The position numbers and the translations under genes are program-made. A stretch of DNA of 64,000 nt, taken from Mobula hypostoma (taxonomy: Eukaryota). Where the stretch lies: NCBI RefSeq assembly GCF_963921235.1, contig NC_086097.1:77998001-78062000 (forward strand), read 5' to 3'. Every line of letters begins with the position of its first letter. Within the stretch, counting starts at the first letter, position 1. The notes under the pieces were generated by a model that did no database searches, was not told where the DNA came from, and saw only the letters and a list, made by a program, of their open reading frames with translations. Positions 1 through 14,030 of this stretch are shown piece by piece.

Positions 1-3000
1 TTTAGAAAATAATCTGCACAATTATTTCTACTAACAAAGTGCATGACCAGGCATTTTCCAACATTGTATTTCATTTGCCACTTTCTTGCCCATTCTCTTA
101 ATGTGTCTAAGTCCTTCTGCGTCCTACCTGTTTCCTCAACATTACCTGCCCCTCTGCCAATCTTCATATTATTGTCAAACTTGACAACAAAGCCATCTAC
201 TTCATTCACTAAATCATTTATATACAGCATAAAAAGAAATGGTCCCAACACTGACCCCTGCAGAACACCACTAGTCACTGGCAGCTGACCAGAAAAGGAT
301 CCTTTTATTTCCATTCACTGTCTCCTACCAATCAGCCAATGCTCTAACCATGTTAGTAATTTTCCTGTAATAGCATGGGCTCTTAACTTGGTAAGCGCCT
401 CATGTGTGGCACTTGTCAAAGGCCTTCTGAAAGTCCAAATATACAACATCCGCTGCATCATCTTTATTCTATCCTACTTGTAATCTCCTCAAAGAATTCC
501 AACAGGTTTGTCAGGCAGGATTTTCCTTGAAGGAAACCATGCTGACTTTGTACTATCTTGTCCTGTGTCACCAAGTACTCCATCACCTCATCCTTAACAA
601 TTGACTCTGACATATTCCCAACCACTGAAGTCAGGTTAAATGGTCTATAATTCCCGTTCTGTTGCCTTCCTCCTTTCTTAAAGAGTCGAGTAACATTTGC
701 AATTTTCTAGTCCTCTGGCACCTCGTCAGAGTCCAGTGAGTTTTGAAAGATAATTTCTAATGCCACCACAATCTCTAACGCTGCCTCTTTCAGAACCCTA
801 GGGTGCAGTTCATCTGGTCCGGGTGACTTATGTACCTTCAGGTCTTTCAGCTTTTTGAGCACCTTCTCTCTTGTAACAGTAACAGTACCCACTTCTCTTC
901 CTTCACACACTAAAACATCAGGCATATTGTTAGTGTCTTCCACAACAAAGACTAACGCAAAAAACTCACTTAGTTCATCAGCCATCTCCTTTCCCCCCGT
1001 TATTATTGCTCCTGCCTGATTTTCTAGTGGTTCTATATCCACTCTCATTTCTCTTTTATTTTTAACATACTGGAATAAAACTTTTACTATCCACTTTGAT
1101 ATTATTTGCTAACTTACTTTCATATTTCATCTTTTTCCTTCTAATAATTTTTTTAGTTGCTCTCTGTAGGTTTTTAAAAACTTCTTAATCCTCTATCTTC
1201 CCACTATTTTTTGCTTTCTTGTATGCCCTTTCTTTTGCTTTTACAATAGCTTTGACTTCCCTTGTCAGCCATGGTTGTACTATTTTACCATTTGAGTTTT
1301 TCTTTATTTTTGGAATACACATGTCCTGCACCTTCCTCGTTTTTACCGGAAACCCACGTCATTGCTGCTCTGCTGACATCCCTGCCAGGAGTTTCTTCCA
1401 ATTTACTTTGGCCAACTCCTCTCTCATCCCACTGTAATTTCCCTTACTCCACTGAAATACTGCTACATCAGACATTACTTTCTCCCTATCAAATTTCAAG
1501 TTGAACACGATCATATTGTGATCACTGGTTCCTAAGGGTTCTTTTAACTTTGCTCCCTAATCGCCTCCAGTTCATTACATAGCACTAATCCAGTATAGCT
1601 GATCCCCTAGTAGGCTCAAGGACAAACTGCTCTAAAAAGCTATATCCTAGGCATTCAACAAACTCATTCTCTTGAAATCCATTACCAACCTGATTTGCCC
1701 AATGGACCTGCATGTTAAAATCTCCCATGGCTACCATAACATTGCCCTTTTTACTTGCCGTTTCTATTACCTGTTGTAACCTGTGGTCCATCTCCCAGCC
1801 ACTGTTGGGAGGCCTGTATATAACTGCCATCAATGTCCTTTTAACCTTGCAGTTTCTTAACTCAACCCACGAGGATTCAACATCTCCCGATCCTATGTCA
1901 CATCTTTCTACTGATTTGATGCCATTCTTTACCAGTAGAGCCACACCACCCCCTCTGCCTACCTTCCTATCCCTCTGATATTACATTCAGCTCCCAACTA
2001 CCACCATCCTTCAGTCACGATTCAGTGATGGGCACAACATCATGCCTGGCAATCTGTACTATTGTAACAAGAGCACCCACCTTATTTCTTATACTACATG
2101 CATTTAGATACAACACCTTGAATACCGTATTTGCTATCCTTTCTGACTCTGCATCCCCAATGTTTTGATACTCAGCCTGTTGGCTGCAACTAAGTCCCAT
2201 CGCCTGCCTGCCCTTCCTGACAATCTGACTGCAGGCTATCTTTACCTTTTTACCATCTGTCCTTTCCTGAGTCCCTTCACTCTGGTTCCCACCCCTCTGC
2301 CAAGTTAGTTTAAACCCTCCCCAGCAGCTCTAACAAACCTGGCCATGAGAATATTGGTCCCCCTTGGGTTCAGGCGCAACCCGTCACTTTTGAACAGGTC
2401 ATACCTCCCCCAGGAGAGATCTCAATTATCCAAGAACCTGAAGCCTTGCCCCCTGCACCAGCTTCTCAGCCATGCATTTATCTGCCAAATTATCCTGTTT
2501 CTACCCTCACTGGTGCGTAGCACAGGAAGCAATCCAGAAATTACTACCTGGGACGTCCTGCTTTTCCTACCTAGCTCTCTAAGTTCTCTATTCAGGACCT
2601 CATTGCTTTTCCTTCCTATGTCATTGGTACCAATATGTACCAAGACATCTGGCTGCTCCCCCTCCCTCTCCAAAACGTTGTGGACATAATCTGAGACATC
2701 CCCGACCCTGGCACCTGGGAGGCAACATACCATCCGGGGTGTCCCGTTCACATCCACAGAATCTCCTGTCTGTTCCCCTCACTACCGAGTCCCCTATCAC
2801 TACTGCTCCATTCTTCTCTCTCTTTCCCTTCTGCACCAAGGACCCATGCTCAGCGCCTGTAACCCGGTCGCTGTGGCATTCTCCCATGAGGTCATCCCCC
2901 CCACAAAAGGATCCAAAGCAGCATACTTGTTTTCGAGGGGAATGGCCACAGGGGTGCTCTGCTCTAGCTGCCTATTTGCTTTTCTCCTGACGGTCACCCA

Positions 3001-3230
3001 GCTACTCCTGCAACTTTGGGGTGACCACTTCCCTGTAACTTTGATCAATTATATCCTCACTCTCCCATATAAGCCGAAGGTCATCCAGTTGCTGCTCCAG
3101 ATCCCCAACACAGTCTTCAAGGAGCTGCAGCCGGATGCACTTCACGCAAATATAGTTCCCCAAGAGTCTTTGGGTCTCCCAGTTCTCCAACATCCAGCAG
3201 GAAGAGCACACCACTGCCATTTAAATGGTA
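1..3230 (-). mobile_element. CR1 LINE, 5' two-thirds, decayed (ORF1 zinc finger/esterase, ORF2 endonuclease and start of RT)
   Basis: CSSC..CVKC zinc finger (3002-3220), SGNH-type VHIGTNDIG (2422-2757), endonuclease YLNACSIRNK/YRPPN/MGDFN, KSPGPDELHPRVLKE. Runs off the window edge. Confidence 0.93.
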
Positions 3231-3399
3231 CAGTAAAAGAGGGGGGGAAAAATCCCAAAAAGTTGCTACTCTGGACTGAAAAATAAGTGCAGAAATGTTT
3301 TTTTTCTTTTAATCACTTTGCTTAATTTATATTTATTTAATTTATGTTAATAAATATATCTAAACAGATAAATACTTTTTCAGATTAAATAGTTTTTAT

Positions 3400-3625
3400 A
3401 TTTCCGTAGCAAAGGTTCCCAAGTTTGAATCCAGTCGGACCGCTCCCGGGCACGCTTTCCATCCGTGCCAGGTTGAGTGTCGAGCTCGCAACTCAGCCGC
3501 GTTAAAAAAAAATCTGTGCTGTGAGAAGGACGTGGGGGACCACTCACAGATTCTTTCCTCCAAGACAACCACTTGAAAAGTGGTCGCTGAGGCTCTGGCA
3601 AGAGTATGGCACACAAAAAAAAGTT
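3400..3625 (+). repeat. Probable tRNA-derived SINE fragment
   Basis: CpG-rich stretch with B-box-like gtttgaatcc (3423-3432) and A-rich end. Confidence 0.4.
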
Positions 3626-3689
3626 TTTATGCTTCTATGTTATTTAAATCTGTTTCAAGTTTTTAAATGACTCTGATCACAGGCAATTA

Positions 3690-4053
3690 GGAATAGCTGA
3701 AGAGCCCGTCAAGAAGATTCACTTCCTGACACCCAATCACTCTTTGTGGATTGCTCTGCTGACAGGACAGGAAGACTTGGAGGGTGATCAGTCCCATGCA
3801 GTTATAAAGAATAAGGGCAACCACTGGGGCTGTATTAGGATAGGGAAATGGGATGATGGAGAAGGAAGAATATTGGGAACACACCACCTCAAGTTTGAAC
3901 CAGCCCAGTATTAGGAGTGCTCTACCACACTCTGGAGCAGAGTATTCCCATTTACAGGAGACCCCATTTTTCAAAATTACCAGCAGTGAGTATTCCTTTT
4001 TTAAAAAGTTTTACAATGCCTCAGATGTAATCCCAACAGCAAACTTCCATTCT
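3690..4053 (-). pseudogene. Copy B exon remnant
   Basis: ttttttatag|AGA, phase 0, after a 74-nt intron. RMEVCCWDYI*GIVKLFKKGILTAG, then shifted KLEVVCSQYSSFSIIPFPYPNTAPVVALILYNCMGL. Confidence 0.6.
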
Positions 4054-4127
4054 CTATAAAAAATAGAATATTGTCATTGACTGTGTGCATGATAACAAAT
4101 AAAACTCTGAACACAACTCTCTTTTAC

Positions 4128-4249
4128 CTTCATGACTGAAGGCTGTGAGACAGCAATGATCTCATTGTATGGCCATCCATTACCATTCAAAAGATGCAGG
4201 AAATTCCAATCCAAAGTGATAAAGGTAGATTTATAACAGACTGGCTGAA
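4128..4249 (-). pseudogene. Copy B exon (open frame)
   Basis: tttaatctcttcag|TT...ATGAAG|gtaaaa. 122 nt, phase 1-0. QPVCYKSTFITLDWNFLHLLNGNGWPYNEIIAVSQPSVMK. The other two frames are closed. Confidence 0.7.
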
Positions 4250-4699
4250 CTGAAGAGATTAAAAAAAGGTACAAATAGTTTTTTTAAACACAATTTGACT
4301 GAGATCCTGTTTTTTTCCTACCCAGCAGCCATCCATGTCAGAATGTTTGATTTACAGGTTGATGTACAGTGAACAACAGGAAATTGCTGCTCTTCCTGTG
4401 AGATTGTGTTGAAATACCGACAACTCCTAAGCTACGTTCAGTCCCAGAAGCAATGCTGTAGCAGTGAAATCATGGGTGGGCTCAATGCCACAAAGCCCTT
4501 GATGCCAACACTTCAGCGCCCTTCATTGCTATATTGTGGAATTGCCACATTTTTCAAGGTGCTGATGTTCTGATGAGATTGCCTTGATATTATTTGAATA
4601 AAACAGAGAATTCAGCAAAATCTTGGTCAGTGTCCATTCCTTTATCAATATCAATAAATGTAGGTGAATTGCTTCTTCACCAATTTACTGTTGGTGGTA

Positions 4700-7210
4700 G
4701 AGAATCATAGAGTCATAGAAAAAGTACAGCACAGAAACAGGGCCTTTGGCCTATCTAGTACATGCCAAAACTATTTTAACTGCCTATTCCTATTGACCTG
4801 CACCAGGACCATAGACTACCATACCCCTACCGTCCATGGATGTAACTAACCAAACTTTGCTCCAGTGTTGAGATCGTGCTCGCATGCACGTCTTGTCTGG
4901 AAGCACATTCCACATTCTCATGACCCTCTGAGTGAAGAAGTTTTCCCTCGTGTTCCCCTTAAACTTGTCACCTTTCAACCTTACCCCAAAACTTCTGCTT
5001 GTAGTCTCACGCAACCTCAGTGGAAAAAGCCTGCTTGCATTTACCTTCGTAATTTTGTGGTAGGTGACCAGTAACAGCAAAAATACTCCAAATTAGGCCT
5101 CACCAACATCTTATAGAACTTCAAGATAACATCCCATCTCCTGTACTCAATACATTGATTTATGAAGGACAATGTGCCAAAAGCTTTCTTTGCAACCCTA
5201 TCTACATGTGATACCACTTTCAATGAATTATGGACTTGTATTCCCAGATCCCTTTGTTTTACCACACTCCTCAGTGCCTTACCATTCACTGCGTAAGACC
5301 ATTCACTGGTGGTCCTACCAAAGTGCAAAACCTTGTACTTGCCTGCATTAAATTCCACCAACTATTTTTCAGCCCATTTTTCCAGCTGATCCAGATCCCT
5401 TTGCTGACCACTACACCCCAGTCTTGGTGTCATCCACAAATTTGCTGATCCAATTAACCACATTATCATCCAGATCGTTGGTATAGATGATAAACCGCAA
5501 TGGACACAGCCCAGTCCCTGTGGCACTCCACTAGTCACAGGCCTCCAGTCAGAGAGGCAATCATCTACTATTCTCTGACTTCTCCCACAAAGCCAATGTC
5601 TAATCCAATTTACTACCTCATCTTGAAAGCCAAGTGACTGAAACTTCTTGATCAACCTCCCACATGGCACCTTTTCAAATGCCTTGCTAAAGTCCATGTA
5701 GACAATGTCCACTGCCTTGCCTTCATCGACTTTCCTGGGAACTTCCTCAAAAAACTACATAAGGTTGGTTAGACATGACCTGCCACACACAAAGCCATGC
5801 TAACTATCCTTAATCAGTCCAAGTCTATCCAAATACTTATATATTCAGTCACTTAGAATAACTTCCAATAATTTTCCCACAATTAATGTCTGACTCACCA
5901 GCCTATAATTTCCTGATTTATGTTTAAAGCCTTTCTTAAACAGCAGAATAACATTAGCTATCCTCTAATCCCCTGGTACCTCTCCTGTTGCTAAAGTTGA
6001 TTTACATATCTCTGTAAGGGCCCAGCAGTATCTGCACTTGCCTCTCATAGGTCCAAGGAAACACCTTGTCAGGCCCTGGGGATTTATCCACCCTGATTTC
6101 CTGCAGGATAGCAAACTACTCCTCCTCTGTAATCTGTACAGGGTCCATGAAGTTGATGCCACTTTGCCTCATTTCTATAGACTCTGTGTCCATATCCTGA
6201 GTAAATACAGATGTAAAAACTCTTTAAGATCTCCCACACCTCTCTTGGCTCCACACATGGATTACTATTCTGATCTTCCAGAGGACCAATTTTCCCATTG
6301 CAATCCTTTTGTTCTTAACGTATCTGTAGAATCCCTTAGGATTGTCCTTCACCTTGTCTGCTTGGGCAACTTCATGCCTTTTTTAAGTCCTCCTGATTTC
6401 CTTCACAAGTATCCTCTTGCATTTCTTATACTCTATAAGCATCTCCTTTGTTCCTCCCAGCCTATACCCGCTATTCATCTCCTTTTTTTTCTTAACTGGT
6501 GCCTCAATGTCTCGTGAAAGCTAAGGCTCCCTACATTTGTTATCTTTATCTTTTATTCTGACAGTCAAGATACAAGCTTTGTATGCTCAGTACTTAACTT
6601 TTGAAGGACCCCCACTTACCAAGTACACCTTTGCCAGAAAATAACCTGTCGCGATCCACACTTAAACCAAATAATTTCAGATACTGTCAAAGTTGGCCTT
6701 TCTCCAATTTAGAATCTCAACCCGCGAATCAGACCTACCTTTTTGCATACTTTGAAACTAAAGTGATCACTAGATACAAAGTGTTCCCCTACATAAACTT
6801 CTGTCACCTGCCCTGTCTCATTCTCTAATAGCCGATCAAGTATTGCGCACACTGTCATTGGGACTTCTATGTACTGATTTAGGAAAACTTTCCTGAACAC
6901 ATTTGACAAAGTCTATCTCATCTAGTCTTTCTACAGTATGAGAGTCCCAGTTAATATCTGGAAAGTTTAAAATCTCCTGCTGTCACAACCATATGTTTCT
7001 TGACACAGTCTGCAATCTCTCTCCAAATTTATTCCTCTAAATCCCTCAGATTGTCAGGTGGTCTGTAATATTGCCCCATTAACATGGTCGCACCTTACTT
7101 ATTTCTCAGCTCCACCTGTAACACCTCATTTGATGAATTCTTCAGTCTGTCCTGACAGAGCCCTGTTGTGACATTTTCCCTGACTAGTAACACCACTCCT
7201 CCTCCTCCAA
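4700..7210 (-). mobile_element. CR1 LINE, decayed ORF2 with 3' tail
   Basis: [39 protein letters not shown]. Short-repeat tail at ~4700-4720. Confidence 0.92.
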
Positions 7211-7589
7211 GAGGGTTTCCAGGAGGGTCCCGACAGGCAGCTCAATAATCTGGGGTTCTATTGTTTTAGATGTGGCACTGCAATCTTGCTGTGAATTCAT
7301 CATCTCTTGTCTTTGCTGACTTAATGGCAACAACAGTGCTTCAAAAATAATTCACTGATTATGGTGCACTTTGGAATATGGTGCAACTTGGAAACTGCTG
7401 AGGATGTGAAGAAATGCTATATAGATGCAAATTCTGCCTTTCTCATTGTTTTGGGGTAAAATTTTTGAACTGCTTTGGTGATCAGGGCGTTAACAACAAA
7501 GACACTCACACAAAAATGACCTTTCATTGGAATTGTGATGGGAAAGATTTCAGGGCAATGTTAAAAAAAAGGTTTATTTTGAGCTAGGA

Positions 7590-8636
7590 CATTGCTTAAC
7601 AACATCTGTTTTGAATTTGTCCACAACTCTTGATCACCTTTGGAAAATGTAACCTTCATCATTTGACTGCTGTGCAAAGAGCTGCAGAAGAGGAAAGTGT
7701 AACCATTTTGCTTCTTCCAGCTGGAACAGACCTTTTCTCAGCCCTTCACAACATTCCAATGACCCTTCCAAAGCAACCACAGATGCTCAAAACCTGAAAT
7801 AGCAACAGCAAATGATGGAAGTACTCAGCAAGTCAGGCAGCCTCAGCAGAAAGGGAGAAACAAAAATAATGCTTCAGCTCAATGACCTTTCATTGCAAGG
7901 TCTTCTATCCAAAATGCTACCTTGGTTTGTCCCCCTACACATGTTCCATGACTTACTAAGTATTTCCAGCTCTTTATATTATCATTTAATGACAATTTTG
8001 CATTCTAGTGTCCTGGTATCTATATGAAGCAGTAGCAAGTTGACTCATCAATAAACCTCTAATTCAATGGTTTGTGACAGGCTCAGAGATGGTTTACAAA
8101 AAAGCCCATTGGTGCAGAAATTTGGCTCCAAACTCTCGAAAGTATACAACATCGAAATCAGCTTTTGTCTCAAGCTACTGATATACCATATTTCTAAATA
8201 TAATCATTGAGGCATTGACTGGTACTTGGGAGAGTTCGAAACTGCTGCTTGTCATTGTTTGGCCAAACTAATAATGTGGTGAATAGGAATCCCATCAGGC
8301 CATTGAGAGTATATAAACTCGGTTGTAAACATTTACAAATATCATTAAAATAAACTAGTCTAAAAGCAGTTCAATTATAACATGAGTCTGCTCGGAAAGA
8401 ATTATGTCAACTGATACCAAAATTGTTCAATCTTAATGCCTCCTGATATGGTTTAGCAAGCCATGCAGTTGTGAAAGGAATGGGAATTGAATGATAGATT
8501 TGATCTCTTCTGTCCCATAATTCATTTTCAGACCTAGTAGAAATCATCCTCTGTAAATTGTTCTTCTTTGCAGAAATTCTGTTGGATTGTGCACTCATTT
8601 GATGTAGGTTTATGAATAGTTGTTATCATTCAGGAC
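7590..8636 (-). pseudogene. Copy B exon remnant, split by a hairpin repeat at ~7775-7985
   Basis: Long near-open frame ELWDRRDQIYHSIPIPFTTAWLAKPYQEAL...CLQPSLYTLNGLMGFLFTTLL...QQFRTL, then DFDVVYFREFGAKFLHQWAFFVNHL*ACHKPL. After the insertion: LRKGLFQLEEAKWLHFPLLQLFA. Confidence 0.6.
7775..7985. repeat. Hairpin-type repeat derived from a Penelope terminal repeat
   Basis: cagatgct...ggaagtactcagcaagtcaggcagc, with a degraded inverted arm gacttactaagtatttccagc. Confidence 0.55.
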
Positions 8637-8874
8637 CTTATAAATACTCTCAGGAAAGATTTTTCACATTTTTGTGAAAAGTTCCCCACACAACATTGTA
8701 ACCACAAACTTAATGAGATATTTTGTATTTTTTGTCAAGTATTCACTGACCACTACTTCTGCCTACAACCCCCTTGCTCCTTGTTCTTCACCATAAAGGA
8801 TTGTTCACTGACTATTAGTCTTCCATTCTGATCCTGGAATTTGCATTCATGGTCAGCAAGATTTATCAGCAGAA

Positions 8875-8960
8875 TTTTAATATTGGTTTTTCATCGGTAC
8901 TTTTCCAAATGCAATTTTTTAATATTGGTTTTTCATAAGTACTTTTCCAAGTGTAATTTT
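8875..8960. repeat. Two-copy ~42-bp tandem duplication
   Basis: ttttaatattggtttttcat..gtacttttccaa.tg.aa occurs twice in succession. Confidence 0.85.
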
Positions 8961-9350
8961 TTTTACTGTTTTGTTCATATACAAGCAGGGGTAAAATCTA
9001 CTCAATTGATTCATGCGGCTGATTTCAGAGTCAACTCTGTTTTCTACATGTTAGCTCTCTTCCCATAAATTATTAACTAAATAAAAGATCATTGACCTGA
9101 AATGTTAACTCTGTTAATGTATTCACAGATGCTGCCTGAACTATATTTTTAAAGTTTGTCTATGATTTTGCCTCTCCTACTATATCAGTATGGAGTCCAT
9201 TGAGTAGATTGAGGACTCTAGGTTGTAATGGCAACATTCAGTGATTGAAGACCACATTCTAAACTTGGGAGATGGAACTCACAACTTCCTAACTCCAAAC
9301 TCTACATCTCTACTGTGGCTTTGTAGTCAACCTGTTAGTAAAGAACCTAA

Positions 9351-9527
9351 ACAAGAGGAATTCTGCAGATGCTGGAAATTCAAGCAGCACACATCAAATT
9401 TGCTGGTGAACGCAACAGGCCAGGCAGCATCTCTAGGAAGAGGTACAGCCGACGTTTCAGGCCGAGACCCTTTGTCAGGACTAACTGAAGGAAGAGTTAG
9501 TACTTAAGAGTTAGTAACTCTTCCTTC
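9351..9527 (-). mobile_element. Penelope terminal-repeat insertion with 14-bp TSD
   Basis: TSD agtaaagaacctaa at 9337-9350 and 9528-9541. Degenerate hammerhead core on the minus strand. Confidence 0.8.
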
Positions 9528-10599
9528 AGTAAAGAACCTAAGTGTTTTGTGGCGTTAGGAAACATTTCTCTTTAAAGGACAGAGATCATTTGCTGCACAC
9601 ACTGGCAAGTACAAAATAAATAAATCCTAAGAAACCTCCTTTTTAGCTTTGAAGACATACAGTAATATTTGTCCTTGTATTATTTTACGAATTTTTGACG
9701 TCAAATTGGATCATAATTGGGATTCTAACTGAACCTTGAAATCTCATTTAATGTATTATATTACTGAAACATTTGTAGTATGATATGTTAAATATTTTAA
9801 TCCCTAAGATCTCTGTAGAAGAATTGCTTTATTTCTTCATTCACTCTTCAAAAAGCTCCAGACTTTTGAAATGCTATCTGCTATTTGTATCTGAAAACAG
9901 TTCAAAACTATTTTTTCTTACATCATTGCTGAGAAAGGTCAGGATAATCATATGTTTTTTCAGGCTCGGGGTGTTCTGGAGTTCAGAGTTCATTTCTTAT
10001 GCCGACTGTGAGCAGTTTGTACTGTGGAGGTTGGAGTAAGGCAAGGATAGCCTGGGGCAGTTTTAGTCAAGTGAGATCTTTCGAGGAAGACTGCCATTGA
10101 CTACAGATGAGATAGGCTACTGCTTACTACAGACGACATAAGCTGGGTTGACTGTGCTAATGTGTACTCAAGACAGACCAGCGAGGCCTCTGTAGTGAGC
10201 CTTTTCTAGAAAGGTCTTCCTGGGGCATAGTGTCCCTTTACCCAATGGGGGGAAGGGCCAGAGACAGGCCAGTTAAGTATAACAGAGAGATGTGAAACGA
10301 CCCCAGCAACCAAGGCGCTATTGCTTTTACTAACTTCAAAACATCATTGGCTGTCTGTTCAAAGTTTCAATTGACTTCAACACCTCTATTGTGAATGGTG
10401 ATTGATCTTGCAAGTAAGGAATTCAAAATATACAATTCACAATGATCATTGTCCATAACTGATAAGCTAGTTCTGTATAAAAATCACAGTTTTCCTCTTA
10501 GACTTCAGAACAGTGTGGGTGACACGGGCTCAAGCTGCTCTCCTTGTGCACAAATAAAATAAGAAGAATGCTCGGGTCATACGAGTGTGTGTGGCTTGA

Positions 10600-10865
10600 G
10601 CCCAGTTATTTTAGTTATATTAGTTATTTTATTTTACTGTCAGCAACGACGGTCACATCGACAGCATGTTATTTCCATGAGTGCCTGGGTTTCTACTGGG
10701 TACTCCAGTTTCCTCCCACACTTCACAGGTGTACCAGTTAGTAGATTGGTCACTGTAAATTGTCCTGTGATTAGGCTAGCGTTAAATTGTTGGGTTGCTG
10801 GGTAGTGCAGCTCATTGGGCCAGAAAGGCCTGTCCCGTATTGTATCTCTAAATAAATAAAAAAGA
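10600..10865 (+). repeat. V-SINE/HE1-like SINE
   Basis: Core tgggtttc...tccagtttcctcccaca...ttggtcactgtaaattgtcc and a (taaa)n tail. Related copies at ~49740-50010 and ~51100-51420. Confidence 0.7.
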
Positions 10866-10894
10866 ACTAAATAAGTTGTATATCAACACATTGG

Positions 10895-10938
10895 ACACAC
10901 ACAATGGACACACATTCACTATAATACACACACACAGA

Positions 10939-10982
<44 letters not shown>

Positions 10983-11140
10983 CACGCACATGCACACACA
11001 CGCACACACACACGCACAGAGGTACACACTGAGGTGTGCACACGCACACACACACTAGCATGAACACACAAGTGCTCATGCATATGTATCATATATCATA
11101 CAGATGCACATAAGCATATACTGCACACATACTCACACTC
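10895..11140. repeat. (CA)n microsatellite and degenerate flank
   Basis: Directly visible. Confidence 0.97.
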
Positions 11141-11684
11141 AGGTAAGACGACGTTATCCAGACATAGAAATACAGACATACTGACACACATGCAAAAATA
11201 TAGCTGTAAATAGGTATATACAGTATATATTCACAGACAGGTACATACCAACTAAAAGAAAGCTATGTACAACTATAGTATCTGCAGCTAATCCATGTTC
11301 CAAGAAGAAAGTCATTCCTTTCAAAACACAGAACCGGTAGAATACAACTTTCTCATTTGAACTTATCAACAATAGTTAAATGCATCAGGTTATCTCCTGG
11401 CCAAATGTATCAGATTTAATTAAAGGTCTCTGTAAAGTGTTTACAAATTAGAAATAAAGTATTGTGTTAATCTTATGGTTTATACTACTAAGAAGTTCAG
11501 CTGCTTATTGTAGTCAGGAACATAGGAGTCTACAAGATAAACATGAAATTGTAATCAGTAAATTATGTAATTAAGAAATTGCTTTTCCTGGTTGGTTTTT
11601 TCATCTTCATATAATTATATGAATTGAGGTGTAATTCATTAGGATGTACTTTGGTTAAATAAAAGATAATAATGCAGATCTAAT

Positions 11685-14030
11685 CTCATAAGAACATAAG
11701 GCCATATGACATTGGAGCAGAATTTGGCCATTCAGCCTATTGAGCTTGTTCAGCCATTCCATCATGGCTGATTATATATACCTCTAAACCCATTCTCCTG
11801 CCTTCTACTCTTACTCATCGAGAGGCTATCAACTTTCACTTTAAATATACCAAATTACATCAAATTTTAACAACATATGCCTGTGATATTAAACATGATT
11901 CTGATTCTGATTCTGACGTGGCCTCCATAGCCATTCATGGCAATGAATTCCTCATCATCTCTGTCCTAAAGGAATGTCTTTGCATTCTGAGGTAGTGGCA
12001 TTTGGTCCTAGACTCCCCTACTACAGGAAATGTCCTTTCCATGTCTACTGTATCTACGCCTTTCAATATTCAATAGGTTTCAATGAGATCCCCCCCCCGC
12101 CCGCATTCTCCTACGCTCCACCGAGTACAGACACAGAGCTATCATGTGCTCCACGTATATGAAACCTTTCTTTCCTGGGATCATTCTCATGAACCACCTC
12201 TGGACCCTCTCCAATGCCACCACATCCTTTCTTAGATAAAGGGGCCCAAAAGTGGACACAATAATCCAAGTGCCATCTGACCATTATCTTAAAAGTCTAG
12301 ACATTATATCCTTGTTTTATATTCTAGTCCTCTTGAAATGAATACTGACTAACCTGCAAGCTAAACCTAAGAAAATCCTCCCCATGTCCCTTTGCACCTC
12401 TGATTTCTGAATTTGTTCCCCAGTTACAAAATAATATGTGCCTTTATTCCTTCTACCAAAGTGTATGACCATATATTTCCCTAAAGTGTATTCCATCTGC
12501 CCATTCTCCTAATCTGTCTAAGTTCTGCAGACTTCCTGCTTCCTCAACACTACCTGCCCCTTTGTATCATTCACAAACTCAATCACAAATGCGTTATCTA
12601 ATCATTGAAATGTAACATGAAAAGGAGAGGTCCCAAAACCAACCCTTGCGGAACCCCACTAGTCGTTGGCAGCCAAGCATAAAAACGGGTCCCTTTATTT
12701 TCATTTTTTGCTTCAAACTGCTTAACCAATCTTCTGTCCATGCTAGTATCTTTCCTGTAAGACCATGGGCTCTTATCTTGGTAAGCAGCCTCATGTGGGT
12801 CACCTTGTCAAAAACCTTCGAAATCAAATTAAACAGCATCCACTGACTCACCTTTGCCTATTCTGTTATTTCCTCAAAGAATTCCAACAGCTTTGTCAGG
12901 CAAGATTTCCTCTTAAAGAAACAATGCTGACTTTGGCCTTTTTTATTACATGCCTCCAATACACCGCAACCTCATCCTTAATAATGGACTTCAACATCTT
13001 ACCAACCACTGATGTCAGGCTAACAGGCCTATAATCTCCTTTCTTCTGCCTCCTTTCCATTTTAAAGAGTGGAGTGAAATTTGCAATTTTCCAATCCTGT
13101 GGAACCATTCCAGAATCGAGAATTTATGTTAGTCCACTATTAATGCCTTCACAATCTCTTCAGCTACCTCTTTCAGAACTCTGGGGCGTAGTCCATCTGG
13201 TCCAGGTAACATATCTACCTTTAGACTTTTCAGCTTCCCAAGCACCTTCTTCTTAGTAATAGCAACTACGCTGACTTCTGTCCTCTGACACCTTCGAATT
13301 TCTGGCATACTGCTAATGTCTTCTACAGTGAAGGCTGACACAAAATATTTAAATGCATCCGCCATTTCTTTGTCCCCAATTACTACCTCTCCAGTGTTGT
13401 TTTCCAGTGGTCTGATATCCACTCACAACTTTTCTGTACCCTCTATACATCTGAAGAAATTTTATATTATTGGCTAACTTACCTTCACATTTCATCTTTT
13501 CTCTCCTTATGGCTTTTTAGTTTCTTTCTGTTGGTCTTTAAAAGCTTTCCAATCCCCTAACTTCACACTAATTTTTACTATATTGTGTGCCCTCTCATTT
13601 GCTTTTATGCTGTCTTTGACTTCCCTTGTCAGTCGCGGTGGTCTCATCTCACTTTAGAATATTTCCTCATTAGGATGAATTTATCGTGCCCCTTACAAAT
13701 CACTCCCAGAAACTCCAGCCGTTGCTGTTCTGCCGTCATCCCTGCTAGTGTTCCCTTCCAATCGACTTTAGCCAGCTCCTCATTTGTGCTTCTGTGGTTC
13801 ACTTCACACCTGCAATCTTGATACACCCAACTTTATCTTCTCCCCCCTAAACTACAGGATGAATGGTATATTATGGCCATTGTCTCCTAAGGGCCCTTAA
13901 GCTCCATAATCAAGTCTGATTTATTACACAACACACAATGCAGAATTGCATTTTCCCTAATAGGATCAAACACAAGCTACTCTAAAAAGCCATCTCATAA
14001 GCATTCTACAAGTTCCTTCTCTTGGGAGCA
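11685..14030 (-). mobile_element. CR1 LINE, decayed ORF2
   Basis: DYRPVSLTSVVGKML, KVFDKVTHMRLL, PGPDGLRPRVLKE. Tail at ~11690. Confidence 0.9.

Noticed and set aside
43..6828. Numerous plus-strand ORFs over CR1 elements
   Set aside because: These are antisense shadows of minus-strand CR1 ORFs.
10848..11079. Cys/Val-rich and His/Thr-rich ORFs
   Set aside because: These are translations of the (CA)n microsatellite.
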